Positions 12,374 through 22,700 of a stretch of DNA of 64,000 nucleotides are shown in pieces; the stretch's first letter is position 1, and the number at the start of each line of letters is the position of its first letter. The notes beneath the pieces were generated by a model, which ran no database searches, had not been told where the DNA came from, and worked only from the letters and a program-made list of their open reading frames with translations. Both the position numbers and the translations under genes were made by a program. This DNA is from Anolis carolinensis (taxonomy: Eukaryota). Location: positions 206,809,971-206,873,970 of the forward strand of contig NC_085843.1 in NCBI RefSeq assembly GCF_035594765.1, read 5' to 3'.

Positions 12374-15300
12374 ATTATTATTATTAACACAACAACGTTG
12401 TATGGCACAGCAAACAAGATAGATATGCTGGATTTCGTTTCGCAAAACCACAAGTCGAACACTTCCCAAGTGTCTAGGACTGTGTGATGTATTTTCTGAT
12501 GATGTGTGCAGATCCCAGTAGGGTGGCCTTTTGCAGTTGGCAGATGGTGATTTTGTCAATGTCTATTGTTTCCAAATGCCGGCTGAGATCTTTTGGCACA
12601 GCACCCAGTGTGCCCATCACCACCGGGACCACCTGTACTGGTTTCTGCCAGAGTCTTTGAAGTTCAATCTTGAGGTCCTGATAGCGGCTGAGTTTTTCCT
12701 GTTGTTTTTCATCTATGCGACTGTCACCTGGGATGGCAACATCAATGATCCAAACCTTGTTCTTTTCCACAACTGTGATGTCTGGTGTGTTGTGTTCCAG
12801 AACTTTGTCAGTCTGGATTCGGAAATCCCACAGTATCTTTGCGTGCTCATTTTCCAATACTTTTGCAGGTTTGTGATCCCACCAGTTCTTTGCTGCTGGG
12901 AGGTGGTACTTGAGGCATAAGTTCCAATGAATCATTTGGACCACATAGTTGTGCCTCTGTTTGTAGTCTGTCTGTGCGATTTTCTTACAGCAGCTGAGGA
13001 TATGATCAATGGTTTCGTCGGTTTCCTTGCACAGTCTGCATTTTGGGTCATCAGCTGATTTTTCAATCTTGGCCTTAATTGCATTTGTTCTGATGGCTTG
13101 CTCCTGGGCTGCAAGGATCAGGCCTTCTGTCTCCTTCTTCAGGGTCCCATTCGTGAGCCAGAGCCAGGTCTTCTCCTTATCAGCTTTTCCTTCAATTTTG
13201 TCAAGGAACTTTCCATGCAGTGTTTTGTTGTGCCAGCTGTCAGCTCTAGTTTGTAGTGCGGTTTTCTTGTACTGGTTTTTGTCTGCTGTGTTTTGAGGAG
13301 TTTCTGATTTTTGACTTCAATCAAAGCAGGTTCTTCACTTTGCTTGACATATTCTGCCAGGGCATGTTCTTCTTTGACTGCTTGCTTTACTTGTAAGAGT
13401 CCTCTGCCCCCTGATCTTCTAGGCAGATATAGCCGGTCAACATCACTGCGAGGGTGCAGTGAATGATGAATGGTCATGAGTTTTCTTGTTTTTCTGTCCA
13501 AATTGTCCAGTTCCACCTGTGTCCAATTTATAATGCCAGCAGTATATCTTATGACAGGTATGGCCCAGGTGTTTATGGCCTTGATGGTGTTGCCTCCATT
13601 GAGCTTGCTTTTGAGAATTTTTCTGACCCTTTGTGTGTATTCTTTGCTGACCACAGTTTTCACATGTTCATGCTTGATGTTGTCCAGCTGTAGTATGCCC
13701 AGATATTTATAGGCCTCTGGCTGGTGAGACTTTATTGTTTGGCCATTGGGCATATTTATGCCCTCACTTTCAATGATTTTTCCCTTCTTCAATGCCACTG
13801 TCGAACATTTGTCCAAACCAAACTCCATGTTGATATCAGTGCTAAAAATTCGGACAGTGTTGGTCAGAGACTGGATTTCAGTTTCCGTTTTCCCATATAG
13901 CTTCAGGTCATCCATGTACATCAAATGTGAAATTTTGTGAGAATTCTTAGATATTTGATAGCCGAGATTTGTTTTTTGTAAGATTATTGACAGAGGGATC
14001 ATGGCAATAATGAAAAGGAGAGGGGACAATGAATCTCCCTGGAAAATTCCTCTCCTGATGTTGACAAGTCCATAGCTTTCATTTCCAACAAACAGTTCAG
14101 TTTTCCAGTGCTCCATCATGTTTTCAATGAAGGTGCCAACTGTTTTACAAATCCCGATGGCGTCCAGGCACTTGATGATCCAGCTGTGTGGGAGTGAGTC
14201 AAAGGCCTTTTTGTAGTCAATCCACGTCATGTGAAGATTAGCTTTTCGGCTCTTACAGTTCTCCAGAATCATTTTGTCAATCAATAACTGGTCTTTTGTG
14301 CCCCTGCTTTTCCGTTTGTTGCCTTTCTGTTCATCTGGCAAGATGTTTTTTTCTTCAAGATAGTCTTGAATTCTGTCAGCTATGATGCCAGTCAGTAGTT
14401 TAAACATAGTGGGCAGACACGTTATTGGCCTGTAGTTTCCTGGTGCTGCTCCTTTTGCTGGATCCTTTTGTATCAGGTATGTTCTTCCAGTTGTTAGCCA
14501 TTCACTGATACTTCCTTTCTGCAGCATCTCATTGAATTGTTGGGCCATTTTTCCATGTAAACTAATCAGATGTTTGAGCCAAAATCCATGAAGTTGATCA
14601 CTACCAGGCGATGTCCAGTTCTTGACTTTTTGCACTCGTTTGCTGATCATTTCAGTTGTTATTTCCATCCGTTCCATTTTGTTCTGTGAGAATTTTCCTT
14701 CAAACTCCTTTATCCACCCAGCGTTTTTGTTGTAGTTTTTATTATTTTCCCAAAGTTCTTTCCAGAACTTTGTTGCTGCAGTTTTCTCTGGCTTTATGGT
14801 TACTGTGTCTGTTGTTTGGTTCAGACTCTGGTAGAACCGTCTTTGGTCTGATTGAAACAGTTGATTTTGTCTGTACTGGATGATTCTGGCTTCATACCTT
14901 TCAATTTTTCTGGCTGTTGCTGTAATTTGTTCTTTCACGATTTCCAAAGCTTCTTCAATTTTTCTGGTGTTCAGCCAGTACTTTCGGATCAGGTATTGCT
15001 TGATTTTGTCATTCTTCAGTTTCCTCTCTTTCATATTTTTCAGGTTACTTGCATCTGATCTAAGTTTCTTGATTTTCAACTCTAGCCTGACCTTCCACTT
15101 TGGTTTTCCAGTCGATTTTCTTTGGGGCTGCCTTAGTTGTAGGAGCCCAAGTTCTTCTGTTACTATCACTGCTGCACTGTAGGCAAACTGGTTTGTTTGT
15201 TCAATTGATGTTATTTGGACAGTGGAGAGTGCTGCATTCACATCTTTCATGAGAGGCGCCAGGTGTCTCTTGGGCACTGTTTTTAGAGTTGGGAGCCGCT

Positions 15301-16038
15301 GTCTTATTGCATTTGCTGCAGCATGAGCCATGATCTTATCCTTGAGCTCTTGTTGTCTTGCTGTCAAGGTTCCTGGTTGTTCAACAGATGTTTCAAGTGC
15401 TGGTTCCTCAAATTCTTGCAAAAGCTCCACCCTTTCTTCTGGTTCAATCTGTTCCACCATTCCAAGTGTTGCTGGAGTCTCTGCTGCTGTCTGTGCTGTG
15501 GTCTGATGGTAATCTACTTTGCAAATTTTCTGGATTTCTTCGAGTTCAACTTCACTGAACACTTTGTTTCTGATTATGAATCTTCGTTGGTCAGCCAGTT
15601 GGGGTTCTGTTATCTGTGAGTCAGGGTACTCTTGTTTCCATAGCTGATGCATCCTTTTTTGGTAGCCACGCCTTTGAGGTTCAGATTTGTAGTAGCATTT
15701 CATAATTGTGCGGTTTTCTGGCATTGTATATTTTTGCCGCTTCTGTGACTGTTCATTTGGGTTTTGATGATTCCGTAGCCCACTTGTCGATGGATGTCCA
15801 GAATCAGCAGCATCCACCGCGGTCCTTTTTATCCTGGGCGACGACCGAGCCAGTATAGACTTCGTTTGGGTTTGATTCTCCATAATGCTAATGGGTTAGG
15901 TGCTCTTGGTTGTGCTCCTCAGCTGAGGCCTCTCTGGCTTGGTTGGACCTGCCGGTAGTTACACTACCGCCAGCACAGCCCTCAGTCATCATTGGAGCAG
16001 CTAAGCCCCCCCGCAGGTGCCACCTTGACGGGGGGGGG
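12374..16038 (-). mobile_element. Full-length R4/Dong-clade non-LTR retrotransposon (RT + restriction-like endonuclease) inserted in (TAA)n
   Basis: Single long ORF with RT and C-terminal CCHC/RLE motifs, a 155-nt 5' UTR, a short 3' UTR, and TAA repeats on both sides, as is typical of Dong/Rex6. Confidence 0.93.
12474..15883 (-). pseudogene. R4/Dong polyprotein ORF (Myb-like N-terminus, RT, CCHC, RLE), about 1136 aa if the single 1-nt frameshift at 13276-13280 is repaired
   Basis: RT motifs YRPITCL, DYKKAFDS, GIFQGDSLSPLLF, YMDD, YKYLG in the 914-aa ORF; the shifted frame continues through CRLCKETDETIDHILSCC, RHN, PDITVVEK..IIDVAIP, EKLSRY to TAG at 12474. Confidence 0.92.
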
Positions 16039-16074
16039 AATGATGATGATTATTATTATTATTATTATTATTTT

Positions 16075-16674
16075 ATTATGACACAGCAAACAAAATAGAT
16101 ATGTTGGATTTCGTATCACAAAATCACAAGTCGAACACTTCCCAAGTGTCTAGAACTGTGTGATGTATTTTCGGATGATGCGTGCAGATCCCAGTAGGGT
16201 GGCCTTTTGTAGTTGACAGATCGTAATTTTGTCAATGTCTATTGTTTCCAAATGCCGGCTGAGATCTTTTGGCACGGCACCCAGTGTGCCCATCACCACC
16301 GGGACCACCTGCACTGGTTTCTGCCAGAGTCTTTGAAATTCAATCTTGAGGTCCTGATAGCGGCTTAGTTTTTTCTGTTGTTTTTTGTCAATGCGACTGT
16401 CACCTGGGATGGCAACCTCAATGAACCAAACCTTTTTCTTTTCCACAACTGTGATGTCTGGTGTGTTGTGTTCCAGAACTTTGTCAGTCTGGATTTGGAA
16501 GTCCCACAGTATCTTTGCATGTTCATTCTCCAATACTTTTGCAGGTTTCTGGTCCCACCAGTTCTTTGCTGCTGGGAGGTGGTACTTGAGGCATAAGTTC
16601 CCTTAGTCATCATTGGAGTGGTTAAGCCCCCCCCCCCCCCACCATGACAAGGTGGCACCTGCGGGGGGGGGGGG
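16075..16674 (-). mobile_element. Internally deleted R4/Dong copy (about 75 nt of 5' end fused to about 525 nt of 3' end)
   Basis: 16075-16601 matches the RLE region and 3' UTR of the full copy; 16600-16674 matches its 5' UTR start; flanked by (TAA)n. Confidence 0.9.
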
Positions 16675-17153
16675 TATTATTATTATTATTATTATGAGGA
16701 GGAGGAGTTATATCCCACTCCTTCTTTCCCAAAGGAGACTCAGGGCCCATCCAGACAGGCCTGTCTCAGTTTTATTGTAGGCATCCAAACACCTCCAGTA
16801 AAACTGAATTAATTAAACACTAGGTAAGATCTGGGTCTTACCAAGTGTAGGTCTTGTGTGGATTGAACTCGGGAACCATGTGACGCTCCAGGAGCCCAAA
16901 AAACCAAGAGGAGACCCCCCCCCCCCAAATAACCCATCGTTTTTTAAAAAAACCTCAACTGGCTGCCATTATGTTCCTCCATTATGTTGTGCCATTATGG
17001 GCGGCTTCGGGATGGCTGCATGCCATCCCAATTGTTATCAGGATGGCATATTTGCTGTTTTTGTTTTTGTTGTTTTTTACTTGTTAACACAAGTAAAGTA
17101 ATACAAATCTCAATAATGTAATTTCACTTACATTTTCACTTGATATAACAAGC

Positions 17154-17852
17154 TAGCTGGCATTGCCCCCTGATTTGTGATGGAAAGTTGCTGCCAATTG
17201 CGAGAGACAAAAAGTTGAACACTGTAAAAGCCACCCACTGCATGGCTATCAGCCTCCTCCCAGTAGACTTAAATTAAGGAAAAGTTTAATGAGAACCACC
17301 ACACCTCTAAATGTTCCCCCAACAACAACAAGAATATCCCTGTGGGCAGCAAAATCAGGCAAGTCCAACTGGATGGCCCCCCATGAGGGTCTTCCTCCTG
17401 GGGCAAACCAAGACTGGGCAACTTGGAAGTCCTTGAACAGATTCAGAAGTGGAGTGGGCAGATCAACAGACAACCTGGCAAAATGGCACTACCTAGAACA
17501 GAACAGTGGTTCTCCCCAGGTGTTTTGGCCTACACACCTCAGAAATCCCAGCCAATCTACCAGCTGTTAGGTTTTATGGGAGTTGAAGGCCAAAACATTT
17601 GGGGACCCACAAGTTGAGAACCACTGACCTAGAAGAATCCTCCACCTTGAGTGACTGTGGAGCAGAACAAACAACTCCGCATCTGTATGCTTGCCCATAA
17701 TGCCCTGCCTAATGCACAGAGGAAGAACTGTTTAAAGCTACAGACAATGCAGTCACTGATGCCCATTTTTGGTCTAAAACTATTTGTGATCCCTTTATTT
17801 TCTCAGTTTCAAATGTATTTATTATGCAATGCTTTTGACACAAAATAAATAA
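17154..17852 (+). mobile_element. Vingi-type LINE 3' fragment interrupted by a hAT MITE
   Basis: LPPGANQDWATWKSLNRFRSGVGRS..LAKWHY then DCGAEQTTPHLYACP; tgacac(aaat)n tail. Confidence 0.75.
17504..17626. mobile_element. hAT MITE
   Basis: CAGTGGTTCTC TIRs; acctagaa duplicated on the two sides. Confidence 0.8.
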
Positions 17853-17894
17853 ACTCAATATAATATATCTTATTGATTTAACCTTACCAATCCC

Positions 17895-18770
17895 AATTCC
17901 ACATGGCAGTGTAGAAGGGGTTTTGGGACATATAGTAATCCAAATTATTTGCTTTGAATTGGATTTTGAGTCCACACTGCCATATAATCCAGTTCAAAGC
18001 AGATAATCTGGATTTTATATGGCAGTGTAGAAGGGGCCAGCGTCGCAGCTTTGTGAATTTAGTGATTTTTATATCCGCTGTACGTATTTAGCTGTTTGAC
18101 TTTCCTGCTCTTAGAAACTTGTTCATTTTGCTCTTTAACCTGCGGTGTATTGCAGATTAATACTTTTTTGGAATCCAAAATACTCTCAAAATCTGAAATT
18201 GCTCACGAGTGGCTGAGGGCCCTTCCACAGTCATATCAAGGTAGATAATCCACAATATCTGCCTTGAACTGGATTATCTGAGTCCACACTGCCATATAAT
18301 CCAATTTAATGTGGATTTTATACAGCTGTGTGGAAGGGGCCTATGATAGTGACGCCTTTGCTTTCTGTTCAATGTACACAAATCCTGTTTCACACACAAT
18401 TTGATAACTAATATTGTGTATAAAACTGCCCTCTGGCTATGTATTTATAGTGTATATCAAGCATAAAATAATTTCGTGTTTAGACTTGGGTCCTGTCGCC
18501 AAGATTTCTCATTACATACACAGATTATTAAAGCAGATAATCCACATTATCTGCTTTGAACTGGATTATGAGTCTACACTGCCATATAATCCAGTTCAAC
18601 TCAGATAATCTGGATTTTTATGACAGTGTACAAGAGGCCTCATATAATCGAGTTTAAAGCAGATAATGGGGGTTATTGTTATTATAATCCGCAGTATCTG
18701 CTTTGAACTGGATTATCTGAGTCTACACTGCCATACAATCCAGTTCAATGTGTGTGTGGATGGAGCCACA
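17895..18770. mobile_element. Cluster of Harbinger-like MITE copies and fragments upstream of the BTAF1 promoter
   Basis: Repeated atccagttcaaagcagataat, ctgccatataatcc and gtgtggaagggg modules. Confidence 0.72.
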
Positions 18771-18849
18771 GTCCAGTCTTTAGATATTTAAAACGAACGG
18801 AATCTTCAACAAATAATTCAGTATTGAGAATCGTTTCATGCCCAAGGAT

Positions 18850-19760
18850 AGCTGTTTACGTCACTGTGAACTTGGCCTCAAAGAACCCAGATTAGGTTTA
18901 ATTGTTTCCATAAGGCGAAAATAGAAAAGGAAGTGGGCCATGCAAGGGACGCCGGGACTTGTAGTCAATAGACTTGTAGACTTGGCGGCACCGCGTGTCG
19001 CCTCAAGGGTCATTCCATTGTGTGCGTATTATTTATCCCTTGGGCTAATGCAGCCGGGGGGTTGTTTCAGATTATAAGTACCCGGAAAATTCCAAAGAAT
19101 GAACACGGGCCATTTTCTTCATATCTATTTGCTACTAAAGTCCAATAAAGGCATCAGTATATTTAGCACCTCCTGCCTCGGTGCGCAAATGGTACAGCCC
19201 TCCTTTGCTTAGGCTAAGGAGGGAGGAGGCGGCGGCCGCCATCATCTCCTCAGCGGAGTCTCGCGGAGGCTTGTCCCCGCCTCCGCGCTCGGCTTCAAAA
19301 GCCCGTCGCGATTGGTTGCGGCTTCGCGTCCGTGCCAATCAGGAAGCTGCTTCCATGGAGGAAGGGAATAAATACAAGATGGCTGCTCATATAAAACCAG
19401 GCGTCTGGCTTCTCCCTGGTGATGGAGGAATAGAGGCTTTTCCCCGCGCGGTTCGTGTATCGTGGCTTTGCCGCTGGGACAGGCATAAGGAGGGCGGAGT
19501 GGGGCTCGGGCTGCTGCCGCTGGGGACTTTCCCGTTTCGTTGTGCGCCCCTCAGGCCCAGACTTTCCTGTCAGAGCTGCTCGGCTAGGCCCGACCCCGTC
19601 TTTCTGCTGCCATGGCCGTCTCCAGGTTGGTCTGTGTGTTTGTGTGGAGGGTGTATGAGAGAATGTGTATCTATTCCCTACCTCATTGTGCCTGGTTTCC
19701 CCTCAGCGAGACAGGCCTCGTGGGGTCGCAGCGAAGAGGTAGGCCTCTGTATCCTTTCAT
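18850..19760 (+). promoter_or_regulatory. BTAF1 CpG-island promoter / 5' UTR
   Basis: The most GC- and CpG-rich non-repeat segment in the window; ACTACAnnTCCC-type motif on the - strand (18954-18966), opposed CCAAT boxes (19311-19315, 19335-19339), YY1-like CAAGATGGC (19375-19383), TATAAAA (19390-19396), GC box near 19492. Confidence 0.85.
19612..19625 (+). CDS. BTAF1: BTAF1 coding exon 1 (MAVS-R)
   Basis: gccATGGCCGTCTCCAG|gttggt, strong Kozak context in a CpG island, phase 2 joins exon 2. Confidence 0.93.
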
Positions 19761-22700
19761 AGCCTCTTTCCCCTTCCCCCAAATGGGGCTCTGTGGCTTA
19801 CAAACCTGCGCATTCCCCCCTTCAGACTCATTTCGAAAGACTTCTGATGGGAGAACTATGATCTGAGGGCTCTTCCGCACAGCCTTATAACCCAGAATAT
19901 CAGGGCATATAATCCACAATATCTGCTTTGAACTGGTTTATCTTAGGCCCCTTCCACACAGCTGAATAAAATCCCACCTTTTCCTGCTTTGAACTGGAAT
20001 ATATGGCAGTGTGGGCTCCGGGCCCTTTCACACAGCCATATAACCCAGAATATCCAGGTAGATATTCCACAATATTTGTTTTGAACTGTTTTATCCGAGT
20101 GCACACAGCCATATAATCCAGCCCAATGTTGATTTTATACAACTGTGTAAGACCCCCAAAGAGCGAGCCACTGTTTAGTAATTATAGGTGTCCGGTCCTG
20201 AAATGAATGGGCAGTCAGGGCTTCCTTGTTTTGTATACATGCTCTTTCTTTGCCCATGCCTGGAGCATTCATTCCAGTTTCAGAAAAGGCCTGCCACCTC
20301 TCTCTGCTGCTTGCTTGCTTGCTTGCTTGTTTATCCTCCTGCTTTAGTATCAAGTTGGAAAATACCCCCACAAGGCCATCCAAACCAACCTCAACAACAC
20401 AACAACCTCATTCTGCCATCCAGGAACACACAATCAAAGCATCCTTGCCAGATGGCCATCTGTCCTATTCTTGAAAATCTCCAGAGAAGGCGACCTTATA
20501 ACACTCACAGGCAGTGTGTTCCACTGCTGAACAGCTCTTCCTGTCAAAAAAACTTTCCCTAATGTTTACATTCCAAGTTTCTCCAGAAATGAATGGGGCT
20601 CCCTTCCACACAACTGAATAAAATCCTACATTATCTGCTTTGAACTGGACTATATGGCAGTGTGGACTCAGATAACCCAGTTCAAAGCAGATATTGTGGG
20701 ATTTTCTGAAGATTTAGATGGTATACTTTTCAAGTTTGCAGATGTCGCCAAATTAGGAGGAATAGCTAATACTCTGGAAAACAGGATCAGAAATCAAAAT
20801 TACCTTAACAGATTAGAGAGCTGGGACAAAATGAACAAAATAAATTTCAACAAGGACAAATGCAAGATACTCCACTAATGCTGAAAAAATGAAATACAAA
20901 GATACAGAATGGGTGATGCCTGGCTCGACAACAGTCCGTGTGAGAAAGATCTTGGAGTCTTTGTGGACAACAAGTTGAACGGAGTATAGTGCCTAGATCG
21001 AGGGAAGTCATGGTGTCTTTGTATTCTGCTTTGGTTAGACTTCACCTGCAGTATTGTGTCCCTTTCTGGGCACCACAGTTCAAAAGAGATACTGACAACT
21101 AGAAGGTGTCCAGAGATCAATTAAAATGAACAAAGGTTTGGAGATCATGTCATGAGGTGTGTTGTAAAGAACTGGGTATGTTTAGCCTGCAGAAGAGAAG
21201 GCTGAGAGAAGACATAACCATGTATAAATATGTGAAAGGATGTCACACGGAAGAGGGAGCTAGTTTGTTTTCTGCTGCCTTTGAAACTAGGACTTGGAGC
21301 AATGGGTTCAAAAACAGGAAAGGTGATTCCACTGGAACATTAGGACCATACGAGCTGTTCAGCAGTGGAACTCCCTGCCTCAGAGTGTGATGGAAGCTCC
21401 TTCCTTGGAAACATTTAAACAGGCTGGATGGCCATCTGTCAGGGGTACTTTGATTTTGCTTTTTCTACATGGCTGGGGTTTGGACTAAATGGTCCATGTG
21501 GTTTTTTCCAATTCTATTAACCTATGATTCTATATGGCTGTGTGGAAGGGCACTTTATATTTGCCATACGCTGTTCTATGCATTGAGATAGGTCAAACCA
21601 TTCTTGAAACCTTGGCATGGATGAGAGCTATAAAATTCTGGCTGCATATACGTTTTCAAGCAGACATTGGGCCCTTCCAAACAGGCCCTATATCCCAGGA
21701 TCTGATCCCAGGTTTTCTGCTTTAAACTGAATTATATAAGTCTGCACTGCCAGATAATCTGGGATTAATAGAAAACCTGGAATCGGATCCTGGGATATAG
21801 GGTCTGTCTGCAAGGGTCCCTTGATAGTTATGTTCCCTCTCTGTTATCATTTTATTTCAGAATGGTATTCTTTGATTCTCATCCATGCCCTCCCATTGGC
21901 TGTATTAGAGGGGAGATATCTAAAGACCCCCTTCAAGGAGAGATTATGCCCATGTGAGTCTGGATACACAGAAACAACCGAACATATAGTCCTTCAATGC
22001 ATGTTCTACAGAGACATTAGAACTAGTCTAATCACTCCATGGCTTCTTAAATAACCAGGGCACACCAGAAAATTATATACTACCCTGCTGCTCTCGAACT
22101 CTAGCACTTCAATAACTTAAAGTGTTGCTAGCACTGCAGCACTTAAAATTTGATGGATGATGATCAACCCTGCAGGGCAGCACCCTGATGGGAGCGCATT
22201 GGAGCAACCTGTTGCAGCTGAGGTGTTGCTGGACTTGCAGTGTGCCCCTCCCTCTCCCTCTAGTGCTCCCCTAGTGTTTTGACTCCTATCAGACTTCCCT
22301 CCCTCGGTCCCATAACTGCTTTGTTAAACATCTCTTTAAACAGTACTGTTTTTTTAAAAAAATATTTTCTAATCTCTTTTATGATTGCCTCCATAGGGAA
22401 CTGTGTTTTCCCATCCCAGGGCCTTTGTTCCCCTCTCTGGGCTGGTCAATAAAGTCTTTATTGATTCTCAGAAAGATCGAGGAAATTGGTCTGTCCTTGG
22501 AAGCACTCTCAGGGCCCTTCCACACAGCCATATAATCCACAATATCTGCTTTGAACTGGATTACCTGAGTCCACACTGCCGTATCTTCCAGTTTAGTGTA
22601 GATTTTATACACCTGTATGGAAGGGGCTTACATCAGTCTTCCTTTCCGACACTCGATACTAGATGAAACAGGATTTAAACAGATCATTCTTAAATACCTA

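Noticed and set aside
13270-13285. Programmed -1 ribosomal frameshift in the R4 ORF
   Set aside because: No X XXY YYZ heptamer in the right frame; R4-clade elements have a single ORF, so a 1-nt deletion or sequencing error is simpler
15913-15999. Calling the C/D module a true guide snoRNA gene
   Set aside because: It lies within a retrotransposon UTR rather than a host intron, and the region upstream of box D is base-paired internally, so no free antisense guide is evident
15884-16038. HDV-like, hammerhead or twister ribozyme in the R4 5' UTR
   Set aside because: CUGAGGA is present but no GAAA or stem II follows, and I could not build the HDV nested double pseudoknot or a twister fold by eye; the C/D K-turn fold accounts for the sequence better. 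An Infernal search is still needed
19181-19762. 193-aa ORF over the promoter as a separate gene
   Set aside because: Stop-poor GC-rich CpG-island sequence with a GTG start and no recognisable domain; it runs across the exon 1 donor
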